NCBI RefSeq assembly: GCF_009914755.1
Contig: NC_060927.1
DNA: 64,000 nucleotides
Strand: one strand, 5' to 3'
DNA from: the human T2T-CHM13v2.0 reference genome, Homo sapiens
Shown: positions 27,781-43,289 of the stretch, in pieces
How positions within the stretch are numbered: the stretch's first letter is position 1
Layout of the letters: each line of letters begins with the position of its first letter
Notes under the pieces: model-generated
Seen by the model: the letters and a program-made list of their open reading frames with translations, nothing else
Database searches by the model: none
Told to the model about the DNA's origin: nothing
Program-made: the position numbers and the translations under genes

Positions 27781-28473
27781 CTAATGGATTGTGGAGGGAG
27801 GTATTGAGGATAGGTGAGTATATGGCTTTGGCACCATGGGGTGGATAGGCAAAACAATTTGGTTGATAAGGCATAGATCCTGAACTAACTTGTAAGGCTT
27901 GTCTGGTTTTAGGACAGGTAAAATGGGGGAATGATAAGGAGAGTTTATAGGCTTTAAAAGGCCATGCTCTAGCAGGTGAGTGATAACAGGCTTTAATCCT
28001 TTCAAGGTATGCTGTGGGATGGAATATTGGGGTTGAGCGGGGTAAGGGTGATTAGGTTTTAATGGGATGGTAATGGGCATGTGATCGGTTGCCAGGGAAG
28101 GAGTAGAGATGTCCCATACTTGTGGGTTAAGGTGGGGGGATATGAGAGGAAGATGTGAAGGAGGCTTTGGGTTGGGGAGAAGGGCGGCAATGAGATGGGG
28201 CTGTAGTCCAGGAATAGTCAGGGAAGCAGATAATTTGCTTAAAATATCTTGGCTTAATAAGGGAACTGGGCAGGTGGGGATAATTAAAAAAGAGTGCTTA
28301 AAAGAGTGTTGTCCAAGTTGGCACCAGAATGGGGGAGTTTTCAGGGATTTTGAAGCTTGGCCGTCAATACCCACAACAGTTATTGGGGTGAGGGAAACAG
28401 GCCCTTGAAAAGAAGGTAATGTGGACTGGGTAGCCTCCGTATTGATTAAGAAGGAGAAAGACTTACCCTCCAC
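27781..28473 (-). pseudogene. pro-pol: HERV-H protease + RT N-terminus, 230-aa open frame, catalytically dead
   Basis: FLINTEATQS (DTGA motif mutated), PTCPVPLLSQDIL, SPYHSPILPVLKPDKPYKLVQDL; the frame ends before the first RT aspartate motif. Confidence 0.88.
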
Positions 28474-28559
28474 TCTGAGAGTTACTTAGAGCATCTGTGA
28501 TGGTCCCGTAGGCTTCTGAGGCAATCGGGCAGTGTCAGTCTTCAGCTGCTAAGCCAAGA

Positions 28560-29754
28560 AGATCTGGGAAGGAGTCAGTCAGAGAGCCTTGGGCTAGAGT
28601 TCCAGGGGCTCTGGGAGTGGCTGCCAGGTGAGTTGAACAGTCTGATTTTCAGTGGGGTCCCACACAGATGGGATACGACTTAGGAGGAATCCTGGGCTGT
28701 GGGCATTCCTTGGCCCAGTGGCCAGATTTCTGGCACTTGTAGCAAGCTCCTGGGGAAGGAGGTTCTGGAGGAATGCCTGGCTGCTGCGGTTCAGGCGTTT
28801 GGAAGTTCTTGTGTGCTGGAGATGTGGCTGGGGTTTGTCTCACGGTGGAGGCAAGGAATTGCAACTTTTTTCTATTATTGTACACCTTGAAGGCGAGGTT
28901 AATTAAATCCTGTTGTGGGGTTTGAGGGCCGGAATTTAATTTTTGGAGTTTTATTTAATGTCGGGAGCAGATTGGGTAATAAAATGTATATTGAGAATAA
29001 GACACCTTTTGACCTTTTAGGGTCTAGGGCTGTAAAGTGGCTCAGGGTTGCTGCCAAAGGAGTCATGAACTGGGCTGGGTTTTTATATTTGATTAAAAAC
29101 AGCCTAAACGCTTGTGATTTGGGATAAAGAAAAAGAAGAATTAACCTTGACTATGCCTTTAGCTTCAGCCACCTTTTTAAGAGGAAATTGCTGGGCAGGT
29201 GGGGGAGGGCTACTCAAGGAATGAAACTGTAAACTGGACCGGGTGTGAGGAGGGGAGGTGATAAAAAGATTATACGGTGGGGGAGCAGAGGCTGAGGAAG
29301 AATTGGGACCTAGCTCGGCCTGGTGAGGAGCAGTCTGGGGAGGAGGGGAGAGGTCAGATGGGTCTGTAGAAAAGGAAGATTAGAAAGACTCAGCAATGCT
29401 TGGGGTTGGGACTGAGGGGACAGGTGGGAGGGAAAGAAGGAAGATTTGGGACGAGTTGCACTGGGCACAGAGACTAGGGAGGGACCAATGTGTAAAAGAA
29501 TGCCTGGACGTCAGGCATCTCAGACCATTTGCCCATTTTACAAGAATTATTTAGATCTTGCAGGATGGAAAAATTGAAAGTGCCGTTTTCTGGCTATTTG
29601 GAACTGCAGTCGAGTTTGTTTGGGGTCAAGTGGCATTGCAGAAGAAAATAAGATGCTTAGATTTTAGGTCAGGTGAGAGTTGAAGAGGTTTTAAGTTCTT
29701 AAGAACACAGGCTAAGGGCGAAGAAGGAGGAATGGAGGGTGGAAGGTTGCCCAT
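28560..29754 (-). pseudogene. gag: HERV-H gag, disrupted
   Basis: MGNLPPSIPPSSPLACVLKNL starts at 29754 with a stop after about 42 codons; CCHC knuckle CYKCQKSGHWAKEC in ORF 28649-28885. Confidence 0.88.
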
Positions 29755-29841
29755 AGTGAAGGAGGCAAGTTTAAAGAAAAGGGAGAGTAGAGACACAGAG
29801 GGAAGCGGTTCGGGGGTTCTTACCCTCCAGAAAAGTGGGAA

Positions 29842-30046
29842 AGGGGTCAGGGCACAGAGATACGAGGTCAGGGTGTGGAAATAAGGGATCAGGGCGCAGA
29901 GATATAAGAGGTTGGGGCACGGAAATAAGGGATCGGGGCACAGAGATGTAAGAGGTTGGGGCACGGAAATAAGGGATTGGGGCACAGAGATAAGAGGTCG
30001 GTGCATGGAAATAAGGGATTGGGGCACAGAGATACGAGGTTGGGGT
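29842..30046. repeat. HERV-H leader tandem array (alternating ~20-22 bp units)
   Basis: GGGGCACAGAGATAAGAGGT and GGGGCACGGAAATAAGGGAT variants alternate, about 9 units. Confidence 0.9.
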
Positions 30047-30487
30047 ACTTGCCTCTCCTCTAGAAAAGCGGGACTTGCCGCTAAGGGTGAAGGAGAAGGG
30101 GTTGGGGGTTTCTTGTCCCCCAGAAAGGCGGAGAAGGGGTAGAGACACGGAGAGAAGGGGTTGGGGTACCTGCCCCTACCCCAGAAAAGCGGGACTTGCC
30201 GCTAAGGGCAAAGGACCAAGGCAGGCGTCCCTGCCTGGTCTGACACCTCTGAAACATGGGTGAATAATCAGAGAGGCGTCCCTGCATGATTAAACACCAA
30301 GGGAAGGCTGCCTTCCCAGTCCGTGACTGGCGCCGGAGTTTTGGGTCCACGGATAAAACGTGTCTCCTTTATCTCTACCAGAAAATGAAAGGAATTGAAA
30401 TTGAAAGAAGGGAGAGATTGAAGAGTGGAAAGGAGAAAGTGGTTGAGGGACAGTGAGAGAGGTTGGAGAAGAGAGTAAGAAGAGGTC

Positions 30488-30496
30488 ACTTACTGG
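30488..30496 (-). promoter_or_regulatory. HERV-H major splice donor position
   Basis: Minus strand AAATCCA|GTAAGT about 145 nt downstream of the 5' LTR, where HERV-H leaders carry their donor. Confidence 0.6.
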
Positions 30497-30619
30497 ATTT
30501 AAAATTGGTGAGATGTTCCTTGGGCTGGTTGGTCTGAGGACCTGAGGTCATAGGTGGATCTTTCTGATGGAGCAAAGAGCAGGAAGACAGGGGATTGATG
30601 TCCCAAGGGAGGTCCCCCG

Positions 30620-30637
30620 ATCTGAGTCATGGCACCA
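30620..30637 (-). promoter_or_regulatory. Primer binding site, tRNA-His
   Basis: TGGTGCCATGACTCAGAT versus TGGTGCCGTGACTCGGAT (two CpG-type transitions), adjacent to the 5' LTR. Confidence 0.93.
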
Positions 30638-30639
30638 AA

Positions 30640-31055
30640 TTTCATGCGCGTCCATGTGAAGAGACCACCAAACAGGCTTTGCGTGAGCAATAAAGCTGTT
30701 TATTTCACCTAGGTGCAGGCGGGCTGAGTCCAAAAAGAGAGTCAGCCAAGGGAGATAGGGGTGGGGCCGTTTTATAAGATTTGGGTAGGTAAAGGAAAAT
30801 TACAGTCAAAGGGGGTTGTTCTCTGGCGGGCAGGAGTGGGGGTCACAAGGTACTCAGTGGGGGAGCTTTTGAGCCAGGATGAGCCAGGAGAAGGAATTTC
30901 ACAAGGCAATGTCATCAGTTAAGGCAGGAACAGGCCATTTTCACTTCTTTTGTGGTGGAATGTCATCAGTTAAGGCAGGAACCGGCCATCTGGATGTGTA
31001 CATGCGGGTCACAGGGGATGATATGATGGCTTAACTTGGGCTCAGAGGCCTGACA
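30640..31055 (-). promoter_or_regulatory. HERV-H 5' LTR (LTR7 family) promoter
   Basis: Two ~49-bp U3 repeats, ACAAAAGA motif (30946-30953), TATAAAA (30770-30776), GC/GT box CCCCACCCC, AATAAA (30699-30704). Confidence 0.95.
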
Positions 31056-31884
31056 ATCCTAACCTGTTTCAGTTCTGAACTCTCTAGACCTGAAACTTTA
31101 ATATGTACAACTAGCAGCTCCTGTAGGACTCCCTGGAAGTGGATGTGTTTGGACAACTCGTTCACTTTTGGACTGCATAAGTTATTGAAAACTACCCATT
31201 AAAAGTCCATACCATGTCTTCTTTTCTATTTCTATCTACTTGACCCCTGAATTCAGACCTTGAAATAATCTCAATTTAAATTAGCTGTCATTTAGAAAAT
31301 GGAGAACAAAAGTGGATACAAAGAAAAGTTCAGGGTCAGTTCTTGGCTCTTCTATTGACCCAGTCACCCAAGGACCTCAAGGACAATTGTATAGAAGTGT
31401 GAATTTGAAACATATAAAATAAATTCAGAATCTTCTCATCCAACTCCCCACACTCCAAATTAGTACCATAAACACTCCTTAGGCTTGCCAAAGTCACTAC
31501 ATGAAGGTGTTTTGGTTTGAAGAAAATGAACCAACATTTTTAAGTGGCTAATTTCTGAGGAGAATGCAGATATCCAGCCTCTCTTAACTGACTAGGTCCA
31601 ATGGCAAAGCTCAGCCAGGTAAAAGAAGCAGTTAGCCACAGTCTAAACCAATCCCTGTCACTTTGCATTAGGGACTTTTTTTTTTTTTTTCAATTCACAT
31701 TACTTGCCTGTTCTCTATAACTGAATGAGTTTTTAATACCTGACTACATCTTTAAGAGTGAATATTCCTTGCTGATAAAAATGGTGTATTATCTCAAAAA
31801 TGGAAAAAAAAGATGGACTAGGCTAATTAACATGTTGTTAAAGACCTTAGGATGGATTAGGTCAGAGGAATGAATGAGGAGAGA

Positions 31885-32030
31885 GCTAACAATCTTTGAG
31901 CATCAAAATTTGCCAAGGGATTATGCTAAGCACATTAAATGTTTTATTCCATTTGCTATTTGCAATGATATTTTACATAGGTATTATTAACCCACTTTAT
32001 AGATGAGAAACTAAGTCTTAGAGGGAAGAG
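31885..32030 (-). mobile_element. MIR fragment
   Basis: ATTATTAACCCACTTTATAGATGAGAAACTAAGTCTTAGAG, MIR core in reverse orientation. Confidence 0.75.
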
Positions 32031-32864
32031 AGCACAGGTTCACTGCAGCAGATGCAAAGAATGAGGAAAGCAATTCCTCATTCTCTACTTCATCAGCCAC
32101 TGACTTGGCCAATGAAAGAAAAATAGGGAATCAAATCGAATGCCCTTCAGCTGCCACATGCTGTGACCTCTCCTTGTTATAAAAGTTAGAATGCTTTGAT
32201 CTCAAATTTATGGCCTTTTATCAGAGTATCCAGCAAGATCCTTGTATTTTGAAAGAGTTAGCACACTCCAACCTAAACCTAAAAATGTTGATTGGAGACG
32301 TGCAATCATGTGATATCAAAGCTGGCAGGAATTTGGAAATCATCGGGTTAGTGGTTTCAAAACCTTTTATGTTTCAAAGGAGAGTGCCCTTTCTTTAAGC
32401 TAAATTTTACTGAAAGGCACTTCCTATCAACCAGATAAAAATAGGGCTGCAGTAGCTGTAGTGATATGTGGTCCAAAACCAGCACTGCTCGTGCTCCTTC
32501 CCCAGCTCCTGCTCTCACCCATGAGACTGCTAAAGTGCTTCGGCAGAACCTAGAGGGTCAGGACTATGGGGGGATGGGGAGGCAAGACATAAGGAAGAAA
32601 AATTTCCTAAATCTCTTATTTCCTGGAAATGGAACCTAAAGCCCAAGATCATATAGAAATTCAGTGATTACACTGGAAAATAGAAGGACTTGGGCTAAAT
32701 TGACACATTACATCAGCATGAAAGACAGAAAAAATAGTGACCTGTCCCCATCAAAAACTCAGCTTTAGTTCAGGTCTAGTGATAGCACTTTAGAAAATGC
32801 TGCAGCTGAAAAATGATTCTTCCCTTCCATATCCAATTTTATGTAGAAGATGAACCACAGGCTC

Positions 32865-33030
32865 TGATGGCAAGGGAGAAAGAGCAAATAATGAACTCAT
32901 GGTCGGAGAACAATTACAGTTTTACAATCATTCTTGATCCTAGGTCCTTTTTCTGCATAAAAGGGCCAATAATCTCTACCCTGTCAGCCTCAAAGGGCTG
33001 TGGTGAGACATAAGACTGTGTTTTTAACAT
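32865..33030 (+). mobile_element. MIR fragment
   Basis: CTGCATAAAAGGGCCAATAATCTCTACCCTG...GGGCTGTGGTGAG. Confidence 0.5.
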
Positions 33031-35936
33031 TTAAAGTTAAAGAACAGAAAAAACCTCCTTACTATTTTTTTAATGGCTAAATTGTAGAGCTTGAGAATGC
33101 ATTGTTTGCCTCACTTTGTAGTGTGCTCAGCATGATTAACAAATGTTATTTCATCATCTCTATTATTTTAATTTTCAGCTTGCATGCTTAGTAGTTGGTT
33201 TCCTTTTCAAAAGCCAATAATAAAGTTAAGTGATCAGAATGCTTGACGTGCCATGTTATTCTTTCAGAGGCTCCACTGTTTGTGCCACCTTGAAAAATGT
33301 GTTTCAGGTTCCAAAAAAACCTTGCCTGGTCAATTCTTTCCTGCTTTTTCTTATTACAATGTAGGTACTCCATGGAGCTGTTTGATGGGCCCAGCTGTAG
33401 CCTGGCTCTTCACAGCAGAAAGGTGCCTGTCAGCCTCTTACTCCTCTTGGCTCTACTCCAGTGAGCCATCCCTCTCTACTACCCTTTCCACTTCCTGGCA
33501 GCTGGATGAGGAGGCTGGAAGCCAGTGGCAAACTGTGGCACCTGGCTGTTTGGTCTGCCATTAATGACAGCCCCTGCTGAATCATGACTCAATAGCAGTA
33601 CTTTTTCTTCAAAAGCGTTCAAGTGAGAGAAAAGAAAAGGCTGCTCTGACCTCTGGCCCATGTTCCCCTGGTGCAGAATGCTTCTGTTGACTATTTTCCT
33701 ATGTTTAACAGGTGGAAGCAGACTGAAAGCGTAGAGGGAGGTTAGTGAACTTCTTCTGGCCTGTTCATCGGACCCTTGCATTTAGAAAATAACGGTGCCA
33801 CACTGGAGAAGGTAAGGAGAAGGGGAAGAAAAGGTTTGTTTGATTGCTGCAAAATTACATAATGTGCATACCATCTGAACTTCTTATGAAACAAAAACAA
33901 AGAAAGAAAGAAAAAGAATGCTATGACTACCCAGCAACATTATCACTCTCCAGTTTTCATCTTTGATTGACTATTGCTCAGTGGTGATTTGACCTCTTCC
34001 CCTTCCCCTTTCCTCCTGTGACTTTTCCCCCCATGGCAGCTACTTGAAAACCACTTATACCAACACACTGGTTAGCCTGGATATGGAGGCAAGTGCTCCG
34101 AGTGACTGGTTGTCCTGAGGCAGCCTGCTTCAACCCAACACGTGGCACTTTGGGTAGCAGAAAGGCTTCCAGGTCTAAATGCTAGAAGCTGGAAGCAAGT
34201 AAGGGGAATCACAGCTAGCTTTTCTTGGTTTTGGGGCTCTGAGGATTACTACCACCTTTAGTTTCACTGCCTTTTGAGAGCGCTAACAGCTTTTAAATAA
34301 TTAGCCCTTTCCTTTCCACCTTTTATGGCCACTCATATTGTTTGTCCTTTTTTATTTTCAGTCTCACACTATTTGTTTTCTAAACACTTTCTTAATTTAC
34401 CTCTACCCTTCCTTTTGTTTGCACTTGTTTTTCATTCCTTACTTTTCCTCTTTGCTTGCCAAAATCATCTATTCCCTCCTCTTAGGTGCACGGTTCTCTT
34501 ACTCCAGCCTCTCCCTTTCATTATCTTCATTATCTTATTTACAGACATCTTAGTTCTTCATTTGTTTTTCATCAGAACTTGTTTGCTTTTTATGGCTCCA
34601 GATTTTACTTTTGTCTCCAAAGGGAATGTTCACGAATGCTGTTAGATTGAGAAACATAAAGCACATTACCAATTGTTTCACAATGCTAAAAGAATAGGTT
34701 GTCCTAGATGGTTAATGAAAGCTTCAGGGGTGGCAGTCCTGCTGGTAGCATTAACTCAGCACTCCTAATCTTTTCTGATAAGCATGCCTTCCAGGAAGAT
34801 AAGACAAATCAAAGGCTGCTTTTTCAACCTTGTAGTTTGATGTCTGCTAGAGCAGTTCCTGGTAGATACCATTTTAACTCCCTTTCAGATGAAAAATCTG
34901 AGCCTCAAAATCAAATATTTTCTCACTATTCCCTCAGGCTTCCTTGTCAAACCTTCTGAACAACTGAAAACACAAAGCTTCAGATCCTAAAACAAAATCT
35001 TTTAAACATCAAAAAATCAATGAACATTTTACCTGGAGGACAGATGTGGTTTTACGGATTTGAGCAACTAATATAGCTAATGTAGCTTGACTTCATTTTA
35101 TGCATTAAGTGTGTTCCCCCAAAATATTAATTAACATATATATTTATGGGTGAATCATATTTTGTCACAGGGACGTACTGTAACTATGAAGGTCTAACAC
35201 AAAACTGAAAAAGGATTTTAGACCAAATTTAAATATAATCACATGTAATTCAAAAAGGCTGGCTTTGTTAATGTGCAATCAATGGATATTTATTTCTCTT
35301 ACGTGAAAGTCCACAAAAAGTAATCATAAACAGTCTACATTACCTTTGAGCATTCATTAAAAGATACATATTGAAATTAATCATTCTGTTACTTGCTACT
35401 TCATCAAGAATTCATTCTAGCTCCAGGAAACAATGATAATTAGTAACTTACATAATAATTCTTGGAAGGTCAATAGATTATCAAATATGTAATATGAATG
35501 TTCTACATTACATATTTGGGAGCACATTGAATCCCAAACTATGAATAGGTAAAGCCAATCACCTAAATGCCCTAACTTCAAAACAAGTTCTCATGAGACA
35601 CTGGAAGACAATCACATAATTTGTATCTTGGCAAAGAACTTTGGGAAATAATATATCTAGGAATACATAAGGAAGATAAGCGGCTTAAGTGTAGCAATAG
35701 AACCAAAGCAGGAAGCAAACAGCTTAATTAATATTGTCTTCTTAATCATCACTTTATTTTCCCCCCCAAATAACCCCAGGACCATCAAACCTATTAAATC
35801 AATGGCCTTAAAAAAAAAGTTTGTAATGTCTTTCAAGTTCCACTCTTTTCTAAGCAATTAACACATTAATTAATACAATTATTAATATGCAACAGGTAGG
35901 GATGCAGCTAGGTAGGAAACTTCAGATAGTGTGAGA

Positions 35937-37782
35937 CAGCAGTCCCCAACCTTTTTGGCACCCGGGACTGGTTTCATGGAAGACAATTTTTCCACAGACA
36001 GTGTTGGCGGGGCTGGTTTTGGCATGATTCAAGTGCATTACATTTATTGTGCACTTTAGTTCTATGATTATTACACTGTAATATATAATTAAATAATTCT
36101 ACAACTCACCATAATGTAGAAAATCAGTGGGAGCGCTGAGCTTGTTTTCCTGCAACTAGATGGTCCCATCTGGGGGTCATGGGAGACAGCCACACCCTAA
36201 GTGTTTTGCTTATGTCCAGTCTATTCTGTAATCTCGGTTTGGTTGCTGTCACTGCAAAAATCCCTGATTCACAAAGAAAGGATGTTGGAAATGGAGGTAG
36301 GCTTTTCAGTGCTTTTGTGACAATCTCTGGATATTACCCCTTGACTTTAATCCAGAACATATGGAGATTTAACTTTGTCTCAAACATACTTTTAAGGCCA
36401 CCATTATTTGTGATCGCGAGCAGTTGATCCTCTGGCAGAACAGACGAAGTTGATTCACCTGGCTTACTCATAAATGGGTAATGGTCCCATTCCTTCCCAG
36501 TTCGGGGGTCTTTTGTGGTTGGAAGTAATGCTCAAACTCTTTTGAAAGCTGAGATAGGTGATTATGCACCAGCTGGGAGAAAGAAAGCCCTGTCTCTTTC
36601 AAACTATCTGCTAATGTTTGAACGTGTCAAAAATTCAAATGTTCGCCCATCACCTTCATAATTTCAATTTGCCATTGAATGCAGCCACTTTATTTGCTGG
36701 CTTGAACACAGTTGTCGTTCTCCCCTGAAGTGACAGATTGAGTTCGTTGAGCAGGTTGAAAATATCACACAAATAAGCAAGTTTTGTGATCCATTCTGTG
36801 TCACTAAAATGTGCTGCCAATGGTGACTTTTTCTCAAAGAAACCTCTGAAGTAGCTCTCATAACTCAGAAACTCTGGCCAATCATCTGCCTTTAGAAAGT
36901 CTTCTCATTTATGTGTATAAGAGAAGACATATGTGCTCTGTGTCCACCTCCTCCGAGAGCTGCAGGAACAGACATGTGTTAAGGGCATGCACTTTAATGC
37001 AGTTGATAATTTTAATCACACCTTGCAAATCATTGGTAAGTTCAAGTGACATTTTTCAGCTAGCCAGCATTTCTCTATAGATGACACAGCATGTAGACTC
37101 ACATTCAGAAGTGACTTCTTTGACCCCAGTAGTGAAAACAGAAAGCCACCCAGTCGTGGCAGCCACTCCATTCATGCATATACTGACACAAAATGACCAA
37201 TTTAGTTTTCCTGATATGTAATCATTCAAAGACTTGAATAGTTCTGCAGCTATGGTGTTGGATGGCAATGCAAGTGCATATTACACATCTTTATGAACAT
37301 CTTCCTGAAAAATACATTGCACAAAAGCAAGCATTGTTGCCTTGTTGTCAACATCGGTAGACTTGTCAACCTGGATTGTGTACCACTGTGACTCATTCAT
37401 CCTCTCTAACAATTGTGCCTCAATATGCTCTGCTGTTTCATCAGTTTGTCTAGTTATGGTGCTAGCCAAAAGAGGAGCACATGCCACTTTTTGAACTGCA
37501 GCCTCTTAGAGCTGCAGCCTGCACATCATCAGGCACTGGGTTCTCATAAGGAGTGCACAACCTAGATCCCTCACATGCTCAGTTCACAATAGGGTTTGAG
37601 CTCTTATGAGAATCTAATGCCAACGCTGATCTGACAGGAGGTGGAGCTCAGCTGGTAATGCAAGCGGGGGAGTGGCTGTAAAAACAACTGAAGCTTCTGC
37701 TGGCTCACCAGCTACTCACCTCTGGGTGTGTGGCCTGGTTGCTAACAGGTACTGACATATGTCAAGGGGGCTGGGACCCCTA
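35937..37782 (-). mobile_element. hAT-Charlie3/MER1 DNA transposon with internal transposase remnant
   Basis: MER1-type ends CAGCAGTCCCCAACC...GGGACCCCTA and 8-bp TSD GTGTGAGA / GTCTCAGA. Minus-strand hAT peptides STITRQTDE...YTIQVDKSTD (37281-37487) and SICMNGVAATTG...CCVIYREMLAS (37056-37268). Strand refers to the transposase. Confidence 0.9.
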
Positions 37783-37989
37783 GTCTCAGAGGACATGATG
37801 AAATGATGAGAACTGGAGCAAACATGATACATTGAGACAAAAAAATAAATTAGAAAGAAATTGGAGTGAAATTAGAACTTGGTGATACATGTGTCACTGA
37901 GGAATATAAAAAAGAGGAGAATGACTTCTCAATTTTAAATTAGATTCTTGGATGAATGACATTTTGCAAAAGTTGATAAGCTTATTTTT

Positions 37990-41875
<3,886 letters not shown>

Positions 41876-42779
41876 AGTTAATAAGCTTAATTTTAATATA
41901 TTAATGCTAATATGTTCAAAGATATAATCTATTTAACATATTAAATTTGAGGTTAATTCAAAAAATGGATATTTTACTAGCAGAAGAAAAGTCTTGCATT
42001 TCTTAAACTCCTGCCTAGGATTACAGAATCCTTAAGAGACACTAGGCCATTTGATCTTGTATTTGCATATCAGAAGAGAAAACATTGTCAACAAATTAAA
42101 GAATTGGGTCACTTTATTGATTAGGTTTTAATATGCATGCAACTTGATGTGGTTAGTTTTGGTTAATAAGTTTGTAAATTTCTGTGGGATGAGTCACAGC
42201 AGTCAGCCTTTGGCCCACTTGTCTCAATTTTTAATGAATTGGAAAAAAAATTCAAATAACATAGAAGTGTTAATAAACATTTTGCTGGCCTGGTCAACTA
42301 ATGTATTAGATTGTGTTAAGAAATGGGGTTATATTTTATGGTTTCTTAGACTATGTGAGCAGTCCACCAGCTTCAGATAAATAAGCTTGTACTTCTATAT
42401 ATGCCTGCTACTCTACCACAAACTCCTCCTTTTACATTCTTAACACTCAGTGTTTTCTTTCTCAGGAAATTATTCTTCTCCTTCACTCACCTATTTCTTC
42501 TGACATAAATTTTACCAAAAAAATATTATTCTTTTGAAGATAAAGAAAGCATTCACACACAATCACACACACTCGTCCACATACATATATCTCCTAACCT
42601 AGTTACCGATCTCAGTTCCATTTTTTCTCTTATAATTAGATTTTTCAAATTACTGACCTCCACTAGTTTGTTCGATGTCTTAAACCACTGTATCTCCTTA
42701 CTCACTATGAGATATGTTCTAAGTCAAACTACTTTAAAACATTGTCTTTAATAATCTACGATGAGAACAAGCCTGATAT

Positions 42780-43140
42780 GGAGAAGAGAGCAATAGGTGA
42801 GATGCTCATTCTGAATTCTAGTTCTGACTTGAACACTTAATTTGTATGACTTTAGATAAGTTACTTCCTATGAAACTTAATATCTGTAAAAAGAGAACTT
42901 ATCTGTAAAACTCTCAGTACTATATCAGAATTTTTAAAAGGCTATTGGGGAGTAATGAAGAAAAATTAACATTTATTGAACACGACATAAGACAATTTAA
43001 TCCTCACAATCACTCTTTGAAGTAAATAATATTAATAATTTATGAATAGAAAATTGAGCTTCAGAAAAGAGAATTTTTTTTCTAAGGTCATAGGGTTAGA
43101 AAGTAAGATTTAAAGACAAATTTATATGACTTCACAAAAA
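42780..43140. mobile_element. Two adjacent MIR fragments in opposite orientation
   Basis: Plus-strand core TGTATGACTTTAGATAAGTTACTT...ATCTGTAAAA, then reverse copy AACATTTATTGAAC...TTTAATCCTCACAA. Confidence 0.6.
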
Positions 43141-43289
43141 CATGGTGCCCCTAAAACCAGAGTAAACATTACTATAATTTATGCAAATTCCTTAAATTAG
43201 TCTTCTTAGTTTATGGAGACAGTGAGCCAGTTTGAATAATTTCTTTTTCTCATCCAGCAGAACAAACCTTAGGAAAAGGTCACATTAGA

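Larger units (their letters stand above)
25305..31055 (-). mobile_element. HERV-H provirus, two LTRs, common ~5.8 kb internally deleted form
   Basis: Two LTR7-type LTRs, exact TSD ATCCT (25300-25304 and 31056-31060), His PBS, polypurine tract, gag zinc knuckle, pro/RT/IN remnants and short env TM remnant. Confidence 0.97.

Noticed and set aside
29842-30046. CRISPR-like alternating repeats
   Set aside because: Both alternating units are themselves repeated; this is the HERV-H leader array.
34325-34645. Hydrophobic 106-aa ORF resembling a membrane protein
   Set aside because: It is explained by a pyrimidine-rich low-complexity tract giving F/L/S codons, with no supporting gene structure; the same applies to 40409-41063 in antisense L1.
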